Shown: positions 39,019-49,258 of the stretch, piece after piece
Layout of the letters: every line of letters begins with the position of its first letter
Position numbering within the stretch: the first letter of the stretch is position 1
Assembly (NCBI GenBank): GCA_045535665.1
Contig: JAZSMD010000003.1
Span: 8,306-72,305 of the forward strand
Reading direction: 5' to 3'
Length of the DNA: 64,000 nt
DNA from: Eubacteriales bacterium
GTDB taxonomy: Bacteria > Bacillota > Clostridia > Oscillospirales > UBA644
Notes under the pieces: model-generated
The model's input: the letters and a program-made list of their open reading frames with translations, nothing else
Told to the model about the DNA's origin: nothing
The model's database searches: none
Translations under genes and position numbers: made by a program

Positions 39019-39702
39019 CTATTCATTAAGTCTGAAGCTTATTTCTGTGTAGAGAGAGGAAACAAAACCGAATACCTGCTGGCACAAGTAGAAAATAAGC
39101 ACGAAAATAAAGATAATTACCAACATACCGACAATTGAAAGAACTGCGGTAGCGATAGCTTTTGATACTGAATACTGGTGAGTAACGAGCATTCCGAGGA
39201 ATACCATACCGTAACACCAAACGTAGCTGAAACCAACGATGAAGAGGTAGATTCCTTCTTCTTCGAGAGTTACGAAGTTACTGATGGGAACAAGGAGGAA
39301 GTTACAGATAGTCATGGGCAATGTAGCAAAAGCTGTTGCACAGAAGATATCTCTGAGGCTTCCGTCACCGTCCATAAGAGAGGTGAAACACCAGTTAGCA
39401 ACTGAGAACAAAAGGAACGGAGCTACCGCTTTGAGGATTTCCAAACCTATGTTCAAATAGAGCTGAGTACCGGTACTCTCTGTGAACAAATAGCCTGTAA
39501 GCTGTCTCTTAACAATAGAGGAGATAGCCAACATAACGAGGAGGAAAACAGAACCTGAAACAGTTCTTCTTTTCGGGTCGTTTTTCAGATCAAAGAATCC
39601 GTCGAAAGGATGAGCGAGGATGTAGAAAGCATATCCAAGTCTTTTGAACATAGTCGCTGTTCCAACGCCGAAATTTTTAATGTATGAACCGATAGACTTC
39701 AT
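39019..39702 (-). CDS. Yip1 family membrane protein
   Basis: HPFDGF.DLK, ANWC.TSLMDG.G, H.YS..K; about five TM helices. Confidence 0.85.
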   Translation of the reverse strand: MKSIGSYIKNFGVGTATMFKRLGYAFYILAHPFDGFFDLKNDPKRRTVSGSVFLLVMLAISSIVKRQLTGYLFTESTGTQLYLNIGLEILKAVAPFLLFSVANWCFTSLMDGDGSLRDIFCATAFATLPMTICNFLLVPISNFVTLEEEGIYLFIVGFSYVWCYGMVFLGMLVTHQYSVSKAIATAVLSIVGMLVIIFIFVLIFYLCQQVFGFVSSLYTEISFRLNE

Positions 39703-39704
39703 TG

Positions 39705-41336
39705 TTAAGCACCCCTTTCATGTTTTTTCTTTTTTCTGATTTTGGAAACTACATACAATGCAATTATACCAACTGCAATTATACCGATAACACCGATGAT
39801 CAAACCGAAGTTTTCGGAAAGGCTGTCTTTACGGAGTTCCTTGAATGTCTTGGAATAGTAAGATTTTTCATTCGCAAGAGTAAAGTATTCAAGAGCCTGT
39901 TCATAACCTTCAAGGTCGGAGTCTGCCATAGCAATTCTCATCTGAGCTTTGCCAAGACCTGTGTAAGCAATGTAAAGACCGGAGTTCATTTCAAGAACTT
40001 TCTTCCACTCTTCAAGAGCTTCTTCATAACGGCCGTTTGCACTTGCGCTTACAGCTTTATTGATTGTGCTTGCATAGTCTGTAATCTTATAAACTGTGAG
40101 GGTGTCATTACCTGTATCGGAAACAACGATATCATCGCCAAAGAGTGCGATAGATGCAGCGTTCTTAACTCTACCGTACTGGTTAGTGGAAGAACCGCCT
40201 GCGATGTAAAGAAGGTTACCGTCAACATCATATGTAAAGAATCTGCCAGTTTTAGCATCGAGTGCTGTATATCTGCCGGAAGTTTCTTCAATTGCTACGT
40301 CAACCATCTGTGGAGGATTCATAATGGAGAATTCAAGGTCGCCAATAGGAGAGTACATACCGTTCCTTCTAAGAACGTCAGAACCGGAAGGACTGAGTTT
40401 CTGAATAGGAGCACCTGCACCTGAAACTCCTGCAGCACCTTCAGCTGTTGTTACATAGTTGGCAGACATTGCTTCAGCGTCAACTGTAGCGATAGTTGAA
40501 TAAATAAATCCTTTGCCATCGATACAAATGTTAGAGAATTCTGTAGGAACGTTTCTTACGAGCTTTTTCTTCTGTTCGTCGGAAGCGATGAGTCTCCAGA
40601 ACCAGTCTGCAGCATTAAAGCTTACAGCGGGGGCACCGAAGAATGTACGGAATTCACCATCAGATGTAATTTCCAAAAGACCTCTGTTTACTGAGTAAGC
40701 TACAACCTGCATTGAGCCTGTTCTGTCAACGGTGATCTTAAGGGGTTTGAAAATATAGTTATCAAGAACTGAGGGGCTGATACCCTGATAGATGTTATAA
40801 ACATTACCGTTTTCATCGCAAACTACGATACGACGGTTTTCTGTATCAGCTACATAGATCATGCCTTCGTCTGTAACGAAGATACCTTCGGGTTTGTTGA
40901 ATGTCTTGGGGTTATTGTTGGAAACAGTAACGTCTTCTTTTTCGTCACCATGTTCGTTGATTACCCATTTGTAAATGTTGGGGATTTTAAAATCAGCAGT
41001 ATCCTTAAGAGCCTTGATAGTCTTAACTGTATTATAAGTTTCATCAAGAACGAGGATCTGGCTGTTGCCCTTATCAACTACATAGAGTTTGCCGTTTCTT
41101 GCAAAAAGATCAACAGGTTCAAAACCGACACCGCCTGCAACACCGAGGTCAATTGCGGAAATAACGCTGCTTGCTTTGTAAGCTACGGGAGCTTTTACGG
41201 AAACACCGTAATAGTCGTATATGTAGTTATCTGTAATGTCGGTATTCATGGGAAGGGCAAAAGAGGTCAATGCTGTGGAAGCAAGCATTATGATGAGCAT
41301 TGCGCCTGTAAGCAGTGATTTTACGTGATTTTTCAT
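39705..41336 (-). CDS. NHL-repeat (beta-propeller) protein with TPR and C-terminal membrane anchor
   Basis: Signal peptide; FNKPEGIFV...IYVADTENRRIVV; EEW.KVL..N....AY.GLGKA; C-terminal TM plus basic tail. Confidence 0.85.
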   Translation of the reverse strand: MKNHVKSLLTGAMLIIMLASTALTSFALPMNTDITDNYIYDYYGVSVKAPVAYKASSVISAIDLGVAGGVGFEPVDLFARNGKLYVVDKGNSQILVLDETYNTVKTIKALKDTADFKIPNIYKWVINEHGDEKEDVTVSNNNPKTFNKPEGIFVTDEGMIYVADTENRRIVVCDENGNVYNIYQGISPSVLDNYIFKPLKITVDRTGSMQVVAYSVNRGLLEITSDGEFRTFFGAPAVSFNAADWFWRLIASDEQKKKLVRNVPTEFSNICIDGKGFIYSTIATVDAEAMSANYVTTAEGAAGVSGAGAPIQKLSPSGSDVLRRNGMYSPIGDLEFSIMNPPQMVDVAIEETSGRYTALDAKTGRFFTYDVDGNLLYIAGGSSTNQYGRVKNAASIALFGDDIVVSDTGNDTLTVYKITDYASTINKAVSASANGRYEEALEEWKKVLEMNSGLYIAYTGLGKAQMRIAMADSDLEGYEQALEYFTLANEKSYYSKTFKELRKDSLSENFGLIIGVIGIIAVGIIALYVVSKIRKKKKHERGA

Positions 41337-41353
41337 CTCATTTGCTCCTTTCT

Positions 41354-42328
41354 TTAGTCTTTCATACCGGATGTAGCCATTGTTTCGAGGATATTACTCT
41401 GTGTAATAACGAATGTTATAACAGGAACGATCATCATTACAACTGAGATAGCCATCGCAACGCCCTGACGTGCGATACCAGCAGCTGCAACCTGGCTAAG
41501 TGCATAGTTAAGAGTTTTAAGTTCTTCTCTGTAAATATAGATCGTGGAACCCATGTTCCAATATTCCTGAACCGCGAAAACGATAAGTGTCATCCAAGCG
41601 GGTTTCAAGTTAGGCATAACGATCTGGAAGAAGAGTCTGAATTCGCCTGTACCGTCGATTCGAGCAGCTTCAAGAACCGCATCGGGGAACTGGTCAACGA
41701 AGTTTTTAACAAGGTAAACAGCCATGGAAGAGCCGATAGCAGGAACAAGAACTGCCCAATATGTATCGATCCAACCGAAAGCAGACATTGTCATATAGTT
41801 AGCAATAGCCGCTGCGGGAGCCGCGAACATAAGAGAAAGGGATACAGTCTGCATGATAACAGCTTTACCGGGGAACTGTCTCTTTGAAAGAGGATACGAT
41901 GCCATCGTACCGAAAATAACTCTGAGAGTTGTACCTACGACTGTGATAAATACAGTATTGAATATGTATTTAGACATAGGAACCAATGAGTTGGACATGA
42001 TGTTAACAAGGTCCGTATAGTTCTTAACCGTAGGGTTCTTTACGATAAGGTTCGGGGGGAACAGGAACAACTCATAAAGAGGTTTAAGTGAGTTACTGAT
42101 TGCGAAGATAAGGGGGAATGCCATGAACGCACCACCGATGAGGAGGAACGCAAACATAAACAGGTCGCCGCCGAAACTTCTGTTAACTCTGGATTTGAAG
42201 AGCTTCTTCTTTTTATAGTGAATTTCTCTGCCTTCTGCGTCGTACTTAGGTCTTTTCTTAAAGATACCGACCATTTCTTGCTTCTGAACAACGCCGTCAA
42301 CAATTACGACATTTTTCTTTTTAGCCAT
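41354..42328 (-). CDS. Carbohydrate ABC transporter permease (MalG-like)
   Basis: EAARIDG EAA loop; SLKP..ELF.FPP. Confidence 0.94.
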   Translation of the reverse strand: MAKKKNVVIVDGVVQKQEMVGIFKKRPKYDAEGREIHYKKKKLFKSRVNRSFGGDLFMFAFLLIGGAFMAFPLIFAISNSLKPLYELFLFPPNLIVKNPTVKNYTDLVNIMSNSLVPMSKYIFNTVFITVVGTTLRVIFGTMASYPLSKRQFPGKAVIMQTVSLSLMFAAPAAAIANYMTMSAFGWIDTYWAVLVPAIGSSMAVYLVKNFVDQFPDAVLEAARIDGTGEFRLFFQIVMPNLKPAWMTLIVFAVQEYWNMGSTIYIYREELKTLNYALSQVAAAGIARQGVAMAISVVMMIVPVITFVITQSNILETMATSGMKD

Positions 42329-42342
42329 CTGTTTTCCCCTCC

Positions 42343-43266
42343 TTATTTACCGATTCTGCCGAGGATGAACTGGAATACTTTATTCGCTGCGAAAGAAATT
42401 ACGAAAAGGATAGTTGCGATTGCACAAGCGTAACCCATTTCAAAACGAACACCGCCGTAGTCATCCAAGTGGTGCATGATTGTGTGAAGTGCATAACCGT
42501 TTGTCGGGAAACCGAAAACGTTTGTAATAACGGGACCGATACCGAATGAACCGGAGATGTTAAGAACCGCACCGAAGAGCAACTGACCTCTCATGGAGGG
42601 GAGAGTGATAAAGTAGAGTTCCTGCCATCTGTTTTTAATACCGTCAACCGCGCCTGCTTCATAAAGAGTACGGTCAACTGTCTGAAGACCTGCGATAAAC
42701 GTAAGGAACGTTGTACCGAGAGCCTGCCAAAGAACGATGATAACGCACACGATAAACATCCAAGCTTCATCTTTAAGCCAGATGATCGGTTCTGTAAGGA
42801 TACCGAGGTTCATAAGGAAACCGTTGATGTAACCGTAGCTGTCACCTGAGAACATGAGCTGCCAAACGTAAGCGAAACCACCCGCAAGTGAAGGTGCGTA
42901 GAAAAGAAGAGTCAAGAACGCACGGGGCTTCGGAGGAACTTCGTTAATGAGCCACGCGAATGCGAAACACATAATATATGAAAGAGGACCTGTGATAAGA
43001 GCCAGGATTATTGTGTTCTGCATAGCCTGAGAGAAGATGTCGTCATTGAGGAACAACTTCTGATAGTTTGCAAGCCATACCATATCAGGCATTTCAAGCA
43101 TGTTAAAGTTTGTAAGACTGATAAAGAGTGAAATGAAAACGGGGAGAATAGTAAATATAAAGAATACTAAAAGGAACGGACCAAGGAATACTACAACGTC
43201 CAAATTCTCAAATCTTTTGCTCTTTTTAATTTTGTTGACCTTTACAGCGTCATTTTTACTTTTCAT
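42343..43266 (-). CDS. Carbohydrate ABC transporter permease (MalF-like)
   Basis: LYEAGAVDG EAA loop; RFEMGYA. Confidence 0.94.
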   Translation of the reverse strand: MKSKNDAVKVNKIKKSKRFENLDVVVFLGPFLLVFFIFTILPVFISLFISLTNFNMLEMPDMVWLANYQKLFLNDDIFSQAMQNTIILALITGPLSYIMCFAFAWLINEVPPKPRAFLTLLFYAPSLAGGFAYVWQLMFSGDSYGYINGFLMNLGILTEPIIWLKDEAWMFIVCVIIVLWQALGTTFLTFIAGLQTVDRTLYEAGAVDGIKNRWQELYFITLPSMRGQLLFGAVLNISGSFGIGPVITNVFGFPTNGYALHTIMHHLDDYGGVRFEMGYACAIATILFVISFAANKVFQFILGRIGK

Positions 43267-43284
43267 TTGTAAATTCCCCTCCTA

Positions 43285-46167
43285 TCAATCTGTTATATAA
43301 GGAAGACCGAGTTCATCACGTTTGTATTCAAGTTCGTCGTTGATGGGGTTGATGGAGTCGAGAATAACTTCACGAGGATCAAGGTTAGAAACAACAACGT
43401 CGTTGAATGCGAAGTCGAGATAACGGGTTACCTGGTAGCTGCCGACATACTGGGGATAGCCGACTGCGGATTCAAGCTGAGCAAGGAGAGATCTGAGTTC
43501 AGATGCTTTCCAAGGCATAGCTTCCATAGCTTCAATGTTAGCTGTGTTGTAACGAGCTGCAGAACCGAGGATGGATTCGATTTCTTTACCGAATTCGATC
43601 TGAGCATCTGCGCCTGTCCACCACTTCATAAATTCCCAAGCAGATTCTTTATCTTCAGCGCCTGCCATCATTACACAACCGATATAGTTAGCAATAACGG
43701 AATTGTTGATGGAACCGTCTTCCTGTTCAACACCGGGAACTGTGGTGAAGGACCAAAGACCTTTGATTTCGGGAGCAAATACGGAAATCTTGTTATAGAA
43801 ATCGAAAAGCTGCATACCGATAGGCATTTCATTGAACCTGAAACGGTTGGAGAAGTCAAATGCAATGGGGAGTTTATAACTTGTATAAAGGTCGGTCCAC
43901 TGGATAAATGTCTGGATAGAAAGTTCATCATCCAAGTTGATCTGAGAACCGCTGTTCTTATAGAGTTCTCCGCCGTTCTGATAGAGAAGTGTCAGATAAT
44001 CCGGGGGAGCGAAGTCCATATATTGCTTCTGGAGAACTGCGATGATATCGTAAACATCGTCCCATGTTTTGGGAAGTTCGATACCAAGATCTGCAACCGC
44101 GTCTTCACGGTAGAAGAGTACGTTATAAGTAACTGTTTCGGGAAGAGCATAGTCACGAACATCGCCGTCGCCCCAATCTACGAATGTGGATTCAAACGCA
44201 GATTTATGGAATGAAGACTTAACTTCATCAAGGTCATCAAACATGTTGAGTTCCTGGAGAGCATTACGAGCTGCATAGTTAACGATGTTTTCAGCTGTAA
44301 GGTTCATCGCCACATCAGGTCCAACACCTGCAAGAACTGAGGGAAGGAGAGATGCTGCGGGAACGAGCTGAAGATCAACGTCGATCTCGTAGGTAGGAAT
44401 AAAGCTTCTATCTACGATCTGTCTAAGGATCTGAGCCTGGTCACGAGCGTTTGTCATCCAAACTGTAACCTGTTTATCATAAGATACTTCGTTTACAGCA
44501 GAAATAGCATTAACGTCGGTGAAGAAGGACGAGAAGAACATGGAGATCTGGTGACCCATATTTGCAAAGAAACCTTTTTCAGCTTTAGGTGCTTTGTAAT
44601 CGGGATCTGCAACCAAGATATAGTCGAGTTCGAGAGGCTGTTCTCTTGCGGTAATAAGCCAAGAACCGAGTGTACCGATGTTATTCTTGAATGTGCTGTA
44701 ATATTTAGCAATATTTTCGGGATCTTCATGCATCTTATAAAGATGTTCGATGATCGTATAAAGCTGAGCTGTCTGAGAACCTGTTTCACCGAGGAGGTTT
44801 ATAAGCTCATTGTATATTTTCGTGAGGGTGTCAGCCTGTGCTTTAAGGTCCGCGATAACTTCGGGGATTTCATTTTCAAAGTCGTAGTCTCTGTACTGGT
44901 CGGGAGTGTTACCCATAAGCATTACGAACTTACGGTTGTCGATGTTGAGCTTTTCGATAACAGCTTCGACAGCGTTAACGATATCTGTCATTTCACCAAG
45001 AACAGCTTTAACTCTGATAGTGTTTTTACCGGATTCAAAATGGAACAATACGGGAGCGTTGTATTCGTCCATAGGTGTAACCATCTGCCAGTCGGAAGAA
45101 TAATTAAATCTGATAGCAGAAGATTCAGCATAGGGAAGATTACCGTTGATGGAAACTTCACGGCTGGAGAACGCACCACTGTTAACATTCTGTCTTGCAC
45201 GGAAAACAAGTTTGTAATCGCCTGCAGCAGGGATGTCAACTTCGTATTCAACCCACTGACCTACAGTCTTCCATGTAGCAGAACCGTTTGTACTACCGAG
45301 GATATTCATTTTAACAGTACCTGCAGAAGCGGGGCTTGTAGCAGCTGAAGCTCTGTCTGTACCTGCAAAAAGAGTAGCATCGGACTTAGCAACGGGATAT
45401 TCGGATTCAACAGTAGCGATAAGTTCGCTGCCACCGAAGTTCACGGGAGCGTAGTCTGAAGTTGATTTACTACCGTCGAGCCACATTGCGGAAATAGCAA
45501 GAGGTTCTCTTACGGATTTGATTGTGATTGTATTCTCGCCTTTTGTAAGATAAAATCTGAGCGCACCGGAATAGCTGCCGGATGAATCCTGATAGTACGC
45601 ACTCTTAAGCCAAACAGGCTCTTCAATCTGAGATGGTCTGATCTGGTTGCCGGAAGCGTCTTCTGTGAAATAGTTTTCACGGTCGGAACGATCTGCGACG
45701 TTATCTACATAACGACGGTCGAGAGAAGCAGCATTAGCTTCTGTATAGGGTACTTCACCGTTGATAGCGATAGATCTTTCGATAGCCGCGCCTTTACCTT
45801 CAATGGGGTAATAGTCGAGGAAGATCGAATATAAACCTTCACTGGGAACATTAACAGTGTAAGTGACGGAGCTTTCTTCTGTTGTGATAAGGCAGTTGGG
45901 AACACCTGCAACAGTACCGGTGGTAACATCATCGGTAGCTTCGGTGTAACCGTGAATATCAATATCAACTTTCTTGGAAGCAACAGCTGCTCTCAAGTAA
46001 GTTTGCAAATATTCACCGTACGAACCTTCCTTGTAAACAGGAACGAAAGCGGTTAAAGCGGATTCCTCCGTAATAGATGAACTTGCTGAGAAACCTACAG
46101 CGAACAACTGAATGATCATTGCCACCATAAGAAAAACAGCCGTACATTTACTCTTGCGAATCTGCAC
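43285..46167 (-). CDS. Very large solute-binding protein with N-terminal CBM-like beta-sandwich domains
   Basis: Signal peptide without a clear lipobox; two CBM6/35-like units (Y.V..P..G.Y ... G.NTI); C-terminal SBP_bac_1 motifs (LFYR.D, PKTWDD, AWEFMKWW); start probably GTG 46167. Confidence 0.88.
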   Translation of the reverse strand: MQIRKSKCTAVFLMVAMIIQLFAVGFSASSSITEESALTAFVPVYKEGSYGEYLQTYLRAAVASKKVDIDIHGYTEATDDVTTGTVAGVPNCLITTEESSVTYTVNVPSEGLYSIFLDYYPIEGKGAAIERSIAINGEVPYTEANAASLDRRYVDNVADRSDRENYFTEDASGNQIRPSQIEEPVWLKSAYYQDSSGSYSGALRFYLTKGENTITIKSVREPLAISAMWLDGSKSTSDYAPVNFGGSELIATVESEYPVAKSDATLFAGTDRASAATSPASAGTVKMNILGSTNGSATWKTVGQWVEYEVDIPAAGDYKLVFRARQNVNSGAFSSREVSINGNLPYAESSAIRFNYSSDWQMVTPMDEYNAPVLFHFESGKNTIRVKAVLGEMTDIVNAVEAVIEKLNIDNRKFVMLMGNTPDQYRDYDFENEIPEVIADLKAQADTLTKIYNELINLLGETGSQTAQLYTIIEHLYKMHEDPENIAKYYSTFKNNIGTLGSWLITAREQPLELDYILVADPDYKAPKAEKGFFANMGHQISMFFSSFFTDVNAISAVNEVSYDKQVTVWMTNARDQAQILRQIVDRSFIPTYEIDVDLQLVPAASLLPSVLAGVGPDVAMNLTAENIVNYAARNALQELNMFDDLDEVKSSFHKSAFESTFVDWGDGDVRDYALPETVTYNVLFYREDAVADLGIELPKTWDDVYDIIAVLQKQYMDFAPPDYLTLLYQNGGELYKNSGSQINLDDELSIQTFIQWTDLYTSYKLPIAFDFSNRFRFNEMPIGMQLFDFYNKISVFAPEIKGLWSFTTVPGVEQEDGSINNSVIANYIGCVMMAGAEDKESAWEFMKWWTGADAQIEFGKEIESILGSAARYNTANIEAMEAMPWKASELRSLLAQLESAVGYPQYVGSYQVTRYLDFAFNDVVVSNLDPREVILDSINPINDELEYKRDELGLPYITD

Positions 46168-46276
46168 TGTGAACACCTTCCTTAAATGTATTCTTTACTG
46201 ATTTTTTTCCGGAACAAACTAATTTTCCGGAGCAAAAAGAGCGCAATACCACATATTTTATGGTTTGCTTAATAAT

Positions 46277-46305
46277 ATTATAATACTTTTCCGTCCAAAT
46301 GTCAA
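46277..46305 (-). promoter_or_regulatory. SigA consensus promoter of the ABC cluster
   Basis: TTGACA-17 nt-TATAAT. Confidence 0.88.
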
Positions 46306-46614
46306 GAACACGACAGATTTCTTCCGAATTTAAAAAAATTGAAATTTCAGTCATTTTAGTCAAAACAACCAAAAACATCTCTTTAGATAACATAAATTTA
46401 TGAAATATTACACATCGGCAAAGATTGTTTGTTATGCATGATTTACAGGGCAAACACAATATATAGAATTTTACATCAATTTTGCTCTTATTAAAACAAC
46501 ATATGGTATGCGCCCCGTGTTTTTGACAAAATCTTGTTGTGCAAATCTACCAAAGTTTTTCAATTTTTAATATTATGCGCAATTCAGAAGAGACTTTTTA
46601 CTGATTTCCCCGAT

Positions 46615-47985
46615 TTAATCATGATATTTGCGGGTTATAAGCTCTGCCGCAAGATAAATATTACCGCAGCCGAGGGTTATAAACAGGTCTCCGGGCTGAG
46701 CTATAGCCTTAACCCTGTCGGCAATATGCTCAAAATCGGGTTGATACTCTGCATTGGGCAAAAGTGCCACAAGATCTTCTGCATAAACGTTGTATTGGTC
46801 ATTTGTTTCACGTGCCGCATAAATGGGTGAAACTATAACATGGTCAACCCGGGACAAAACCTTTGCAAAATCATTCATCAACATTTTTGTCCGTGAAAAC
46901 GTATGAGGCTGATGAATTGCAATAACACGTTTGAAGCCAAGCTCACGGGCTGTTTTGAAAGTGACCTCATAAGCATCAGGATGATGAGCATAATCGTCAG
47001 CTATTACAGCTCCGTTTACGGTACAATGATACTCAAAACGACGTTTTGTACCGGCAAAATCGTGAAGTCCCTGACTGACCGCTTCGGGAGAGAATCCCAA
47101 TACGATTGCCGCCGCTGCTGCTGCCAATGCATTTTTCACATTATGCTCACCGGGAACGGAAAGAGAAACATCACAGAATTTCTCACCGTGATACATGACT
47201 GTAAAGCCATAAAGTCCATTTCTCGAAAAAATGTCAGAAGCTGTTACTTCTCCTCTTACAATTCCGTACGAAACTTTTTGCCCCTTATAGTCGTCTATCA
47301 TAGTGAGCGAGTTTTCACACTCGGCATTATAAACAACCGTACCGCCCTCTTTTGTATTACGGAGATATTTCTTAAATGAAGAGATAAGGTTCTCTAATGT
47401 TTTGAAATACTCCATATGGTCCTCCGCAATATTCAATATGACGGAAACAAAAGGATTGAAGCTGTGGTAAGAATCTTTATACTCACAGCTTTCAAAAACA
47501 CAGTAGTTATCTTCTCTACCTATTATATAAGAAGAATCCAGCTGTTTTACCTTTCCCCCGATTATTGCACTGTAATCTGCACCCGAGGCGGCAATAACAG
47601 AAGCGATCATTCCTGAAGTTGTGGTTTTGCCGTGCGTGCCTGCAACTCCTATTGGTGCTTTATATCCGTCAAGAATCAAGCCTAAAAGCTCTGCACGCCT
47701 GTGTACGGGAATTCCCGCCCTAAGCGCATAAGAGATCTCAGGATTTGTTTCCATAACAGCGTCTGTCCGAACAATAACATCGGGCATTTCGTTTTTCACA
47801 TTGTCCTCGGAGTGTCCGATATAAACCTTTATTCCGAGAGAGGAAAGTCTGTCCGTTGTTGCGGAATTCTGCATATCCGAACCGCAGACTGAATAGCCTC
47901 TGTTATGAAGAATTTCGGCAAGACTGCTCATGGAAGAGCCTCCGATTCCTGCCAGATAAACTTTTTTTACACCTTCAAGAGTCAC
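46615..47985 (-). CDS. murC: UDP-N-acetylmuramate--L-alanine ligase
   Basis: GIGGSSMS, GTHGKTTT, DH, GEHNVKNA, RRFE, DDYAHHP, QPHTFSR. Confidence 0.97.
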   Translation of the reverse strand: MTLEGVKKVYLAGIGGSSMSSLAEILHNRGYSVCGSDMQNSATTDRLSSLGIKVYIGHSEDNVKNEMPDVIVRTDAVMETNPEISYALRAGIPVHRRAELLGLILDGYKAPIGVAGTHGKTTTSGMIASVIAASGADYSAIIGGKVKQLDSSYIIGREDNYCVFESCEYKDSYHSFNPFVSVILNIAEDHMEYFKTLENLISSFKKYLRNTKEGGTVVYNAECENSLTMIDDYKGQKVSYGIVRGEVTASDIFSRNGLYGFTVMYHGEKFCDVSLSVPGEHNVKNALAAAAAAIVLGFSPEAVSQGLHDFAGTKRRFEYHCTVNGAVIADDYAHHPDAYEVTFKTARELGFKRVIAIHQPHTFSRTKMLMNDFAKVLSRVDHVIVSPIYAARETNDQYNVYAEDLVALLPNAEYQPDFEHIADRVKAIAQPGDLFITLGCGNIYLAAELITRKYHD

Positions 47986-48222
47986 AGCAAAAGCTCCTTT
48001 TACATGTTATATTTTGCAGCGAAGGACTTCGCCTCCGCATCTTTGGTCTCCGTTACAGTTTATGTTCGACCTGAACGGAATATTTGACGTTTTAAATAAC
48101 ATAATATCATTATGGTATTATAGGGTGACAGGAGTTATCCGAACCCTAATCGTTTGTCCTTTGTCCTGCACATACAGCGTTCAAAACAAAAAAAATCAAC
48201 TACCATGGAGGAAAATCAACAA

Positions 48223-48495
48223 ATGGAAATCACAAATGTTAATGTCAGAAAAATTTGCAGCAACGACAAAATGAAAGCCGTATGCTCCGTAACCTTCGAC
48301 GATATGCTCGTCGTTCATGACATCAAGGTAATAGAAAGCGAAAGCAAAACTTTTATAGCCATGCCCAGCAGAAAAAACAAACAGGGACAATACTCAGATG
48401 TCGCGCATCCTATAAATGCAGAGTTGAGAAACGCCCTGGAAACTGCTGTTCTTGATGCTTATAAAGAAGCTCTCGATTCTATGAATGAAAACTAA
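48223..48495 (+). CDS. spoVG: Septation regulator SpoVG
   Basis: MEIT.V.VRK, KA..SVTFD, VHDIKVI, FIAMPSRK, D.AHPIN; ATG 48223 after GGAGG. Confidence 0.95.
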   Translation: MEITNVNVRKICSNDKMKAVCSVTFDDMLVVHDIKVIESESKTFIAMPSRKNKQGQYSDVAHPINAELRNALETAVLDAYKEALDSMNEN

Positions 48496-48534
48496 TACGT
48501 CTGTATAATACAACTCAAAAGCCAATTTTGTTAT

Positions 48535-48584
48535 GGGGAAAACTTTTTTTGTGAAAAAGAAGTTTTCCCCTCATTTTTTCAAAA
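48535..48584. repeat. REP-like palindrome, copy 5 (between convergent genes)
   Basis: GGGGAAAACTT...AAGTTTTCCCC plus tail TCATTTTTTCAAAA. Confidence 0.78.
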
Positions 48585-48629
48585 TCTGATTTGAGGATAA
48601 ACGCATAGTTCCACAGTCAATAAAACTTA

Positions 48630-49205
48630 TCAGCTTTCAAAAACATCAAGCTTTTTTGTTGAATAGTAAAAAATCAACACAAAAGCAATGTTTACGGGTA
48701 AAGCAATTAAATAAGAACTGAACGGAAGTTGAACAAACTGGAAAATCACAAAGGCAACAGCCAACGCAACATAAAGCATGAAAAATACTGTATATGTTAC
48801 AGACCAGCCTCTGTGGGAAATACTGTCAGCCTCGGCCATCATCGCAAGGCTGAAAAATGCGGTACAGATCATAGTGATCGCATAAATTATGCTGTCAATA
48901 TGACTTATACTGCTTTCGAGAAGCTTCACAAACACGGCAAATACTTCAGAATCGATACTGCCGGTCCATGAACTAAAGAAAAATCGGATCTGGGATATAA
49001 AAGTCAAAACTGTTATAACCAACATTCCGGTGGAAAAAACCTTTACTTCCCTAAACCATCTGTTTGAGGATTCAACTTTGTCCAAAGAAAGGCACAAAAG
49101 AAGATATCCGACGAAATCAGGGAGTATATCAACAACAACGGAAGAGCCGATACTCATATTGTAGTTAAAAAGGACAAATATAAGTCCTAAAAAAACAAGT
49201 CCCAT
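48630..49205 (-). CDS. Hypothetical integral membrane protein
   Basis: Five to six TM segments; DILPDFVGY motif near the N-terminus. Confidence 0.75.
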   Translation of the reverse strand: MGLVFLGLIFVLFNYNMSIGSSVVVDILPDFVGYLLLCLSLDKVESSNRWFREVKVFSTGMLVITVLTFISQIRFFFSSWTGSIDSEVFAVFVKLLESSISHIDSIIYAITMICTAFFSLAMMAEADSISHRGWSVTYTVFFMLYVALAVAFVIFQFVQLPFSSYLIALPVNIAFVLIFYYSTKKLDVFES

Positions 49206-49209
49206 AAAT

Positions 49210-49240
49210 AGCCTTTCCGTCGCCTAAGGCGACATAACTT
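49210..49240 (-). promoter_or_regulatory. Pre-SD hairpin motif, copy D
   Basis: AAGTTAT-GTCGC-CTTAG-GCGAC-GGAAA-GGCT; stem covaries (C-G to T-A). Confidence 0.55.
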
Positions 49241-49258
49241 ACTTATTACACAAAGTAA

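Noticed and set aside
36246-45348. Long antisense ORFs in the ABC cluster (36246-36866, 39702-40424, 44551-45348)
   Set aside because: Expected by-product of strong codon bias on the coding strand; no protein-like motifs.
46148-46459. 103 aa minus-strand ORF upstream of the large SBP
   Set aside because: Runs through the consensus promoter, has no SD and atypical composition.
48154-48222. N-terminal extension of SpoVG in the ORF track
   Set aside because: GGAGG precedes ATG 48223, where SpoVG homology begins.
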